From assembly GCA_019661795.1 (NCBI GenBank), contig JAIFWQ010000001.1:1-35434 (forward strand): a DNA stretch of 35,434 bases. Reading direction: 5' to 3'. A program made the position numbers and the translations under genes. Under the pieces are notes generated by a model, which did no database searches, was not told the DNA's origin, and saw only the letters and a program-made list of their open reading frames with translations. Shown here piece by piece: positions 8,836 through 16,294 of the stretch; the first letter of the stretch is position 1, and every line of letters starts with the position of its first letter. The stretch comes from Candidatus Parcubacteria bacterium. Lineage in GTDB: Bacteria; Patescibacteriota; Minisyncoccia; Phycocordibacterales; UBA6065.

Positions 8836-9960
8836 ATGAAGATACCGAACGCGTCCCAAAGGATAGAGATAACCACGGGAACGATCGCCAAGGCGATCCT
8901 CCTTGTCATTGCCGCATGGGCCGCATTCATGCTCAAGGACATCATCCTCGTCGTCCTCACGGCCGTCGTCATCGCGTCTGCGGCCGAACCGGCCGTCGCC
9001 TGGCTCATGAAAAGAGGCATTCCGCGCGTCATATCCGCTATCGTGACGTATGGCGTCATCGCGGCCATGCTCATCGGCGCGTTCTACACGGTCGTGCCGC
9101 AGTTTCTCCAGGATACGTCGGAATTCTTGGGCTCGGTGCCTCAATACATCGAATCGTCGTCCCTGTGGAATCCTCTCGGCGAGAACGCCACGGAGCAATC
9201 CAAACAAGTGGCCGCGAATATCTCCCAGGGCATACAGAACGTCGCCCAGAAAAAGCTTTTCATAAACGCGACGGGGGGCACGACGGACCAATACTCGATA
9301 CAGGGGGTGCTCCAGTCGATCGACGAAGCGATCAGTTCGGTGTCCGCAGGCTTCGTCCATTCGGCGAGCTCGGTCTTCGGCGGCGTGCTGTCGTTCATAC
9401 TGATCGTCGTCCTTTCGTTCTATCTCGCCGTGCAGGAAGACGGCGTCGAGAAATTCCTCCGCGTCGTCATACCGGACAGCGAAGAATCTTATATCATCAA
9501 CATCTGGAGGCGGACTAAAACCAAGATCGGCCTCTGGATGCAGGGCCAGATCGTTCTCGCCATACTCGTCGGATTGCTCGTATATCTCGGCCTCATGGTG
9601 CTCGGCGTCAAGAACGCCCTCCTGTTCGCCGTCCTTGCGGCGCTCCTCGAAACGATCCCGCTCTTCGGCCCGATCATCGCCGCTATTCCTGCTGTCGCGG
9701 CCTCATATAGCGACGGGGGAACATCGTCCGCCCTCATCGTTGCCGGCCTCTATCTCATCATCCATCAGTTCGAGAACCACCTCATCTATCCTTTGGTCGT
9801 AAAGAAGATCGTGGGAGTGCCGCCGATACTCGTCATCCTGTCGCTTCTCGTCGGTTTCAAGCTCGCCGGCTTTCTCGGCATCATTCTGTCGGTCCCGGCT
9901 TCGTCCATGCTCGTGGAATTCATCGACGATATGGAGAAGAAGCGAAAGGTGGCCGCATAA
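8836..9960 (+). CDS. AI-2E family transporter (PerM/UPF0118-type permease)
   Basis: 374 aa polytopic membrane protein. The characteristic C-terminal region is 'ETIPLFGPIIAAIPA...IHQFENHLIYPLVVKKIVGVPPILVILSLLVG'. Confidence 0.85.
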   Translation: MKIPNASQRIEITTGTIAKAILLVIAAWAAFMLKDIILVVLTAVVIASAAEPAVAWLMKRGIPRVISAIVTYGVIAAMLIGAFYTVVPQFLQDTSEFLGSVPQYIESSSLWNPLGENATEQSKQVAANISQGIQNVAQKKLFINATGGTTDQYSIQGVLQSIDEAISSVSAGFVHSASSVFGGVLSFILIVVLSFYLAVQEDGVEKFLRVVIPDSEESYIINIWRRTKTKIGLWMQGQIVLAILVGLLVYLGLMVLGVKNALLFAVLAALLETIPLFGPIIAAIPAVAASYSDGGTSSALIVAGLYLIIHQFENHLIYPLVVKKIVGVPPILVILSLLVGFKLAGFLGIILSVPASSMLVEFIDDMEKKRKVAA

Positions 9961-9975
9961 TTCCCGCCAAAGAGC

Positions 9976-11415
9976 ATGTCAAAGACTTTCTACATAACGA
10001 CCACGCTGCCGTACGTGAACGCGGAGCCTCACGTCGGTTTCGCCATGGAGATCATCCGCGCCGACATCGCCGCGCGATGGAAGAAGCTCCAGGGATACGA
10101 GGTATTTTTTAATACGGGCACGGACGAACACGGGCAGAAGCTTTTCAAATCGGCGGAAGCGGCAGGGAAGCCGGTGAAGCAGTTCGTGGACGAGAGCGCG
10201 GAGAATTTCAAGAAGATCCTGCCCATCCTCGGCATCAGCGAAGACATACATTTCATCCGCACGACGGATTCTCATCATGAAAAGGCGGCCCAGGAATTCT
10301 GGAAAAGGGTGGAGAAGAACGGCTTCATATACAAAAAGAACTATAGATCGAAATACTGCGTCGGCTGCGAAGAGGTTAAGACCGAATCAGAGCTCGTGAA
10401 CGGCAGGTGCGTCATCCATCCCCAGCTCGATATCGAGGTCATCGAAGAAGAGAACTATTTCTTTAAATTCAGCGCGTTCGGAGACAGGCTCCTGAAGCTC
10501 TATGACAAGAAAGGCCATACCATCGTGCCGGATTTCCGCATGAACGAGATGAGAGAATTCATAAAGCGGGGCCTCGAGGATTTCAGCATATCCCGGCTTA
10601 AGACGAAAATGTCATGGGGCGTTCCCGTGCCGAACGATCCCGATCATGTCATGTACGTATGGTTCGACGCGCTCGTAAATTACATCTCCACCCTCGGCTG
10701 GCCGGAAGACGAAGCGACTTTCAAAAAATTCTGGGAAAAAGGCACGCCGACGCAGTATTGCGGCAAAGACAATACCCGTTTCCAGTCCGTCATGTGGCAG
10801 GCGATGCTCATGGCCGCCGAATTGCCCCCGACCCATACCGTGGTCGTGAACGGATTCATCACGGGAGACGGCGGCATAAAGATGTCCAAATCCCTGGGCA
10901 ACGTGGTCAGCCCGGTCGACGTCGTGAACGAATACGGGACCGATGCCCTGCGCTATTTCGTCTCGCGCGAGATCGGTCCGTTCGAAGATTCGTCCTTCAC
11001 CATGGAGCGATTCAAATCCGCATACAACACCAACCTCGCGAACGGCCTCGGCAATCTCGTGTCGCGGGTTATGAAGATGGCGACGACGAATCTCGAAAAG
11101 CCTGTAAAGTCCAAGGACGGCAAGTTCCCGAAAGAATATGAAAAAGCGCTCGATTCGTTCGATCTCCAGGCCGCCGCGAACGCCGTATGGAAGCGCGTGA
11201 CCGATGCGGACCAGCTCATCCAGGAAAAGGCTCCGTTCAAGCTCGTAAAGACGGACAAGAAAGCGGCGGTGAAAGTGATCGAAGAGCTCTGCGAAAGGCT
11301 CTATGAGATAGGCTCGATGCTCGCCCCGTTCATGCCGCAGACATCCGAAGCGATCAAGGCTCTCGTTCGCGAGAACAAAATGCCCGCCGCGCCGCTTTTC
11401 TTGAGGAAAGAATAA
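9976..11415 (+). CDS. metG: Methionyl-tRNA synthetase (short form, no C-terminal tRNA-binding domain)
   Basis: 479 aa. 'TTTLPYVNAEPHVGF' (HIGH region), 'KMSKSLGN', and a CxxC...C..H knuckle in 'YCVGCEEVKTESELVNGRCVIH'. Confidence 0.95.
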   Translation: MSKTFYITTTLPYVNAEPHVGFAMEIIRADIAARWKKLQGYEVFFNTGTDEHGQKLFKSAEAAGKPVKQFVDESAENFKKILPILGISEDIHFIRTTDSHHEKAAQEFWKRVEKNGFIYKKNYRSKYCVGCEEVKTESELVNGRCVIHPQLDIEVIEEENYFFKFSAFGDRLLKLYDKKGHTIVPDFRMNEMREFIKRGLEDFSISRLKTKMSWGVPVPNDPDHVMYVWFDALVNYISTLGWPEDEATFKKFWEKGTPTQYCGKDNTRFQSVMWQAMLMAAELPPTHTVVVNGFITGDGGIKMSKSLGNVVSPVDVVNEYGTDALRYFVSREIGPFEDSSFTMERFKSAYNTNLANGLGNLVSRVMKMATTNLEKPVKSKDGKFPKEYEKALDSFDLQAAANAVWKRVTDADQLIQEKAPFKLVKTDKKAAVKVIEELCERLYEIGSMLAPFMPQTSEAIKALVRENKMPAAPLFLRKE

Positions 11416-12263
11416 TGCGCCCTCGATTCATAGACATCCACGCTCATACGAATTTCACCGCTTTTGATGCGGACAGGAAACAGGTGGTCGAACGCGCTCT
11501 CGCGGCGGGCGTATGGATGATCAATATAGGAACCCAAGAGGATACGTCGAAAAAGGCGGTCGAGATGACGCGGGAATTTCCTGAAGGCGTGTACGCGATC
11601 GTCGGCTTGCATCCCGTACATGCGAATGCGTCGTTCCATGACGCCGAAGAGCTCGGAGATGATGCGAAAGGCTTCACATCGCGCGGCGAGACGTTCAACA
11701 AGGATTTTTATAGGAAGCTCATAAAGGAAGGCGGCGCGAAAGTCGTCGGAATAGGGGAGTGCGGCCTTGATTATTTCCGCGCGCAGTCTCCCGAAGAGAT
11801 CAAAAGGCAGAAAGACGCGTTCACCGCGCAGATCGAACTCGCTCTCGAGCTCGATCTGCCTCTTATGCTTCATGTCAGGAACGCGTATCGGGATGTTCTG
11901 GATATTTTAAAGCCATACAAGGAAAAATATGGCGACAAGCTCCGCGGCGACGCGCATTTTTTCGCCGGTACGGTCGAGGACGCGCGCGAATTCCTCGATC
12001 TCGGCTTTCACCTTTCATATACAGGTGTCGTGACATTCGCCAAACAATACGTCGAGCTTGTGAAGGCGACGCCGATCGACCGCATTATGTCGGAGACCGA
12101 TTGCCCGTACGTGGCGCCCGTTCCCGAGCGCGGCAAGCGTAACGAGCCGTCGTTCGTCACTCACATCGCCGACAAGATCGCGGGCATCAAGGACATGAAC
12201 GTCGATGAATGCCGCTCACAGCTCGTCGAGAACGCTTTTAAGCTCTTTAAATTGACTTCATAG
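11415..12263 (+). CDS. TatD-family metal-dependent hydrolase/DNase
   Basis: 282 aa. 'FIDIHAHTNF', 'IGECGLDYFR', 'LPLMLHVRNA', 'ETDCPYVAP'. The start overlaps the metG stop by 1 nt (TAATG). Confidence 0.9.
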   Translation: MRPRFIDIHAHTNFTAFDADRKQVVERALAAGVWMINIGTQEDTSKKAVEMTREFPEGVYAIVGLHPVHANASFHDAEELGDDAKGFTSRGETFNKDFYRKLIKEGGAKVVGIGECGLDYFRAQSPEEIKRQKDAFTAQIELALELDLPLMLHVRNAYRDVLDILKPYKEKYGDKLRGDAHFFAGTVEDAREFLDLGFHLSYTGVVTFAKQYVELVKATPIDRIMSETDCPYVAPVPERGKRNEPSFVTHIADKIAGIKDMNVDECRSQLVENAFKLFKLTS

Positions 12264-12340
12264 AGGGGAAGAGTAGTATCAAGAATGAAACGCTCAAAAG
12301 ACAACTTTAGGCGCACGTTTGAAAATACATAGAAGGAAAA

Positions 12341-12607
12341 ATGAATACGAATTCAGCTGTAACTCTTCGGCACAGGCCCATTATGCAGAAGTACCAGAAA
12401 ATCGTATGGGTCAAGCTCACCAAGGAGCCACTCACCCCCGGCGATTTCTCGGCAACGGAAGATCCGAATGCTTGCGATCGGCAGGGCGAAGATAATTTCA
12501 ATCTCCAACTCCAAGCGGTGCACCCTTTGAAGTATGGCATCTCTGCCGATGACGTTGGCCGACGCAATGGCGATTTCTGGAGGCCTGTCGGCTTCGTGTC
12601 CTGCTAA
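12341..12607 (+). CDS. Small hypothetical protein (88 aa), no recognised family
   Basis: GAAGGA SD-like sequence 5 nt upstream of the ATG. Its own strong terminator follows at 12623-12655. Local composition is less GC-rich than flanking genes. The antisense ORF (12307..12567) looks like low-complexity junk. Confidence 0.4.
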   Translation: MNTNSAVTLRHRPIMQKYQKIVWVKLTKEPLTPGDFSATEDPNACDRQGEDNFNLQLQAVHPLKYGISADDVGRRNGDFWRPVGFVSC

Positions 12608-12622
12608 GTTTCAATGTTCGAC

Positions 12623-12655
12623 AGCCTGTCCGTCCCGCGGACAGGCTTTTTATTA
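12623..12655 (+). terminator. Rho-independent terminator
   Basis: 10-bp perfect stem AGCCTGTCCG / CGGACAGGCT with loop TCCCG, followed by TTTTTATT. Confidence 0.8.
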
Positions 12656-12702
12656 GGATAAAAAGGGCAACGTCACGTTTTCATTATTTCCCACGAAGAT
12701 TC

Positions 12703-12730
12703 TTGCAAAAATAGGCTTTTCGAGTATCAT
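12703..12730 (+). promoter_or_regulatory. Candidate sigma70-type promoter of the rpsF-ssb-rpsR operon
   Basis: TTGCAA (12703-12708), 16-nt spacer, TATCAT (12725-12730). Confidence 0.45.
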
Positions 12731-12736
12731 GTGTGG

Positions 12737-12810
12737 ACTTGCTTTGGATAGTTTCCCGCCAAGGAAACGGCTTAACGCAAGGTCAGTTTATAAGCTTAGG
12801 TCATACAATA
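12737..12810 (+). promoter_or_regulatory. 5' leader of rpsF with a hairpin; possible S6:S18 autoregulatory leader
   Basis: The hairpin GTTTCC-CGCCAA-GGAAAC lies between the predicted promoter and the rpsF ATG. The only homology argument is analogy with known rpsF leaders. Confidence 0.2.
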
Positions 12811-13263
12811 ATGACTACAGAGACAGCTAAGACGGCAGGCACCGTCTACGAAGTGGGCTTCCACGTCGTTCCCACTGTTTCTCCAGAGAATCTCCCGAAG
12901 GAGGTGGATGCCATCAAGGCAATTCTTGGAGCGCAGAAGGCGACGATCATATCGGAGGAATTCCCGAAGCTTCGGAATCTTGCCTATACGATGATCAAGG
13001 CTATCGGCCCGGCCCGACATCGTATCGATTCGGCCTATTTCGGCTGGATCAAGTTCGAAGGCCCGAAAGAGACGGTCGCGGAGCTCGACAAGGCCCTCAA
13101 AGGCTCTGACAAGATCCTCCGTTACCTCATCGTGAAGACGGTCCGCGAGAATACGATCTACGGCCCGAAGATCCTTTCCGATGAGAAGAGGGAGATGACG
13201 GAAAAGAAGCCCCAGGCTTCGCAGGAAGAGATCGACAAATCCATCGACAAGCTGGTTGTCTAA
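12811..13263 (+). CDS. rpsF: 30S ribosomal protein S6
   Basis: 'YEVGFHVVP', 'RNLAYTMIK', 'YFGWIKFEGPKETVAELDKALKGSDKILRYLIVKT'. Classical rpsF-ssb-rpsR context. The tracked ORF opens at 12733 with GTG. The ATG at 12811 (MTTETAK...) is the more plausible start. Confidence 0.9.
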   Translation: MTTETAKTAGTVYEVGFHVVPTVSPENLPKEVDAIKAILGAQKATIISEEFPKLRNLAYTMIKAIGPARHRIDSAYFGWIKFEGPKETVAELDKALKGSDKILRYLIVKTVRENTIYGPKILSDEKREMTEKKPQASQEEIDKSIDKLVV

Positions 13264-13332
13264 TCCGAAGGCGAGCGTGATACAATAAAAGCAACTTGGT
13301 TCTCGTCTTTATAAATTAATAAGAGACCATAT

Positions 13333-13794
13333 ATGTATCTCAACAAAGCACTCATCGTCGGAAACCTTACCCGCGATCCCGAATTGAAGGCATTGCCTTC
13401 GGGAATGCAGGTAGCGTCGCTCTCCATCGCCACGAACAGCGTCTGGCGCGACAAGGACGGCAATAAAAAGGAAGACACCCAGTTCCACAACGTCGTCGTC
13501 TTCGGACGGCAGGCGGAGACTTCGGCCCAGTATCTGAAAAAAGGCCAGCAGGTGATGGTGGAAGGCAGGATCCAGACCCGGTCATGGGACGACAAAGGCT
13601 CGGGCGAGAAGAAATATCGCACCGAGATCGTCGCGGACCGCGTCCAGTTCGGCTCGAAGCCGGGCGGCGGCATGGGCGGAAACGGCGCGGGCGCTTCCGA
13701 AGCCCCGGCTTCATCCAAAGGCGGCAAGGCAGCAGCGGTAGACACCATCGAATATCCGAGCGAAGACATCAATCCGGAAGACATCCCGTTCTAA
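13333..13794 (+). CDS. ssb: Single-stranded DNA-binding protein
   Basis: OB-fold N-terminus 'LNKALIVGNLTRDPELKALPSGMQVASLSIATN...FHNVVVFGRQAE', Gly-rich linker, and the acidic tail ending 'EDIPF'. Confidence 0.95.
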   Translation: MYLNKALIVGNLTRDPELKALPSGMQVASLSIATNSVWRDKDGNKKEDTQFHNVVVFGRQAETSAQYLKKGQQVMVEGRIQTRSWDDKGSGEKKYRTEIVADRVQFGSKPGGGMGGNGAGASEAPASSKGGKAAAVDTIEYPSEDINPEDIPF

Positions 13795-13814
13795 AAGCGA
13801 ATTAGATTAAAATC

Positions 13815-14018
13815 ATGAGCAAACAGTGTTTCTTCAAACAGCATAATATCGAGCATATCGACTACAAGGACACGGACATCCTCAAGAAGTTCCTCAATCC
13901 TCACGCTCGCATCCAGGGCAAGAAGCGCACGGACGTCTCGGCGACGAACCAGCGCAAGCTCGCTTTGGCGGTGAAGAGGGCGAGATTCATGGGGCTCCTC
14001 CCGTACGTAGCGCGATAG
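13815..14018 (+). CDS. rpsR: 30S ribosomal protein S18
   Basis: 67 aa. 'IDYKDTDILKKFLNPHARIQGKKRTDVSATNQRKLALAVKRARFMGLLPY'. Confidence 0.95.
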   Translation: MSKQCFFKQHNIEHIDYKDTDILKKFLNPHARIQGKKRTDVSATNQRKLALAVKRARFMGLLPYVAR

Positions 14019-14024
14019 GCGAAC

Positions 14025-14063
14025 AAAAAACCGCTCCGGCTCTAGGCCGGGCGGTTTTTTTGT
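14025..14063. terminator. Bidirectional rho-independent terminator between convergent rpsR and efp
   Basis: A-run, then stem ACCGCTCCGGC / GCCGGGCGGT, then T-run. Confidence 0.75.
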
Positions 14064-14072
14064 TGGGAGAAC

Positions 14073-14645
14073 CTATTTCATCACGCGCTCTCTGTATTCG
14101 CCTGTCTCCGTGTTGATTCGGATCGTGTCGCCTTCGTTCACGAAGAGGGGAGCGGTGATCATGGCGCCCGTCTCTACTTTTACGAGCTTGTTGCCGCCGC
14201 GGGCGGTGTCGCCTTTGACGCCCGGAGGAGCTTCGACGACCTTAAGATCGACGGTCGCGTCGAGCTTCACGCCGAATATCTTCTCATCGAACACCATCGC
14301 GTCGTATACCGAATTAGGCTTGAGGAATTTCGCCTTCACGCCGAGGATCTCTTCCGATATTTTGAAGCGCTTGGACGGGTCGTTCGCTTCAGAGAACCAG
14401 AATTCGCCTTTCGTCGTGTAGAGATACTTCACTTCCTTCGAGTCGATCTCGGCTTCGGCGACTTTGTCTGACGCATGGAACGTCATGTCGGCGATGCGGC
14501 CGGAAAGGAGATTCTTTATCTTCGTCTTGTTCTGCGGCTTGCGCTGCTGCATGCGGAAGATGTGATTCTCCAGCACTTCGTAAGGCTCGTTGTCGACGAT
14601 GATGTATTTTCGGACGGTTATCTCGTTGTATTCGAGGAGAGACAT
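14073..14645 (-). CDS. efp: Elongation factor P
   Basis: 190 aa. It aligns without gaps to the E. coli EF-P N-terminus ('DNEPYEVLE...KIKNLLSG'). The C-terminal region is 'VVEAPPGVKGDTARGGNKLVKVETGAMITAPLFVNEGDTIRINTETGEY'. Confidence 0.95.
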   Translation of the reverse strand: MSLLEYNEITVRKYIIVDNEPYEVLENHIFRMQQRKPQNKTKIKNLLSGRIADMTFHASDKVAEAEIDSKEVKYLYTTKGEFWFSEANDPSKRFKISEEILGVKAKFLKPNSVYDAMVFDEKIFGVKLDATVDLKVVEAPPGVKGDTARGGNKLVKVETGAMITAPLFVNEGDTIRINTETGEYRERVMK

Positions 14646-14804
14646 AGGTTTGGTGCTGCTCGTTTATGGCTTAATAGGGCTTTACTCTAGCTTATCCACA
14701 TAGAAAAGGCAATTTTTACGATTTCTTTATGATTCCTTTATCGCTCGTTTCATATGATGGTTCCGGAACAGCCTACAGATCTTTGAGATGAAGTAACCAA
14801 GTGC

Positions 14805-14835
14805 AGAAAAGCCGCCCTGGAGGGGCGGCTTTTCT
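14805..14835 (-). terminator. Rho-independent terminator downstream of recA (palindromic, usable in both directions)
   Basis: AGAAAAGCCGCCC-TGGA-GGGGCGGCTTTTCT. Confidence 0.7.
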
Positions 14836-14853
14836 GTGACAGGGGAGAAAGAT

Positions 14854-15903
14854 CTAGCTCTCGTCGAGCTTCGCCCGGATCTTCTTTAGTATCTCGCTCG
14901 CGATCTTTGCATTCTCTTTGAGGAACTGCCTCGTGGCGTCGTAGCCGCGGCCGAGGGGGATCTTTTCGCCGTTCTCGGGAGCGTAGGCGTACGAAGCGCC
15001 GGATTTGACGATGACGCCTTTGCTTTCGCCGAGAGCGATGATCTCGCCTTCGCGCGATATGCCTTCGTTGTACATGAGGTCGAATTCGGTCTGCTTGAAC
15101 GGCGCGGCGATCTTATTTTTCACGACTTTGACGCGCACGCGGCCGCCGACGACCTCTTCGCCCTTCTTTATCTGCGCGATACGGCGGATATCAAGGCGGA
15201 CCGACGTGTAGAATTTCAAAGCCTTGCCGCCCGGGGTCGTCTCCGGATTTCCGAACATGACGCCGATCTGCATGCGGATCTGGTTTATGAATATGACCAC
15301 GGTCTTGGATTTCGCGGTGATGGCGGTCAGTTTGCGCAGGGCCTGGGACATGAGGCGGGCCTGCTTGCCCATGTGCTGGGCGCCCATATCGCCTTCGATC
15401 TCGTCTTTCGGCGTGAGGGCGGCGACGGAATCCACGACGATGACGTCGAGCTTGCCGGACCGTACGAGCGATTCGACGATCTCGAGCGCCTGTTCGCCGG
15501 TATCAGGCTGGGAGATGAGGAGCTCGTCGATCTTCACGCCGATCTTTTTCGAATATTCCGGATCCATGGCGTGTTCCGCGTCGATGAAAGCGCAGATGCC
15601 GCCGAGCTTCTGCGCTTCGGCGATGATATGGAGCGAAAGCGTGGTCTTGCCCGACGATTCCGGCCCGAATATCTCTATGATCCTGCCGCGCGGCACGCCG
15701 CCGATGCCCAGTGCAGCATCGAGGCCGATCGATCCCGTGGGTATGGCGTTCACGTTCACTTTCGGCTTCTCGCCGAGCATCATGATGGCCTCGTCGCCGA
15801 ATTTGATCTTGATGGCGTTGAGCGTGTCCTCGATGTTGGCCTTTTCTTTCGGCATGTCGGCTGCCGTCTCCTTTACCGCCGCGTCTTTTTTCTTCGCTGC
15901 CAT
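14854..15903 (-). CDS. recA: Recombinase RecA
   Basis: 349 aa. Walker A '[13 protein letters not shown]', '[11 protein letters not shown]', '[37 protein letters not shown]', '[28 protein letters not shown]'. Confidence 0.98.
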   Translation of the reverse strand: MAAKKKDAAVKETAADMPKEKANIEDTLNAIKIKFGDEAIMMLGEKPKVNVNAIPTGSIGLDAALGIGGVPRGRIIEIFGPESSGKTTLSLHIIAEAQKLGGICAFIDAEHAMDPEYSKKIGVKIDELLISQPDTGEQALEIVESLVRSGKLDVIVVDSVAALTPKDEIEGDMGAQHMGKQARLMSQALRKLTAITAKSKTVVIFINQIRMQIGVMFGNPETTPGGKALKFYTSVRLDIRRIAQIKKGEEVVGGRVRVKVVKNKIAAPFKQTEFDLMYNEGISREGEIIALGESKGVIVKSGASYAYAPENGEKIPLGRGYDATRQFLKENAKIASEILKKIRAKLDES

Positions 15904-15904
15904 G

Positions 15905-16258
15905 CTAGTTGTAGGTTAATTGTAATGTCTGCCTGACCATCCTGCCGAACCTGTCCCGTGCTTCCACCGTTACGGCATTGTATCCCGGGGAAAGCAGGAT
16001 CTTTTCGTCATAGGCGCCGGATTCGTCGGTGAATATCTTGTCTCCGTTAAGCGTAAGGAAAGAGATGTTCTTCGCGGTGCCTTTTATGGATACGAGAGGA
16101 TCGCGCATGGCCGAACCGTCGGCAGGGGATTCCACCGAGAGCCGCGGCCCCTGGGCGAGGTCTTTCGCCCGGAACGCTCCGTATCCGAGTATGACGGCTA
16201 TGGCCGCGACGGAGATCCATATCTTCATGAGCCATTTAACTTGTCTCCTGTCTGTCAT
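15905..16258 (-). CDS. Small membrane-anchored protein with an Ig-like beta domain; function unknown
   Basis: 117 aa. N-terminal TM helix '[17 protein letters not shown]', then a beta-rich domain '[29 protein letters not shown]...[11 protein letters not shown]'. The stop abuts the recA start. TAGAAT lies 10 nt upstream of the ATG. Confidence 0.7.
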   Translation of the reverse strand: MTDRRQVKWLMKIWISVAAIAVILGYGAFRAKDLAQGPRLSVESPADGSAMRDPLVSIKGTAKNISFLTLNGDKIFTDESGAYDEKILLSPGYNAVTVEARDRFGRMVRQTLQLTYN

Positions 16259-16294
16259 AGCCGGTTATATTCTACTCGAAAGGGGATAAAGGAA

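Noticed and set aside
7380-9074. 564-aa - strand ORF spanning the end of glyQS, the whole M16 peptidase gene and the start of the AI-2E permease gene.
   Set aside because: It crosses three well-supported + strand genes and two intergenic gaps and has no recognisable motif. It is an artefact of antisense stop-codon depletion.
12307-12567. 86-aa - strand ORF overlapping the 88-aa + strand orphan ORF.
   Set aside because: The only terminator in the locus is + oriented, and an SD-like GAAGGA precedes the + strand ATG. The - strand translation is Ser/Cys/Phe-rich junk, so the + strand ORF is preferred.
12733-12810. GTG-initiated 26-codon N-terminal extension of S6 in the ORF track.
   Set aside because: The extension overlaps the predicted -10/TSS region and the leader hairpin. 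S6 homology begins just after the ATG at 12811.
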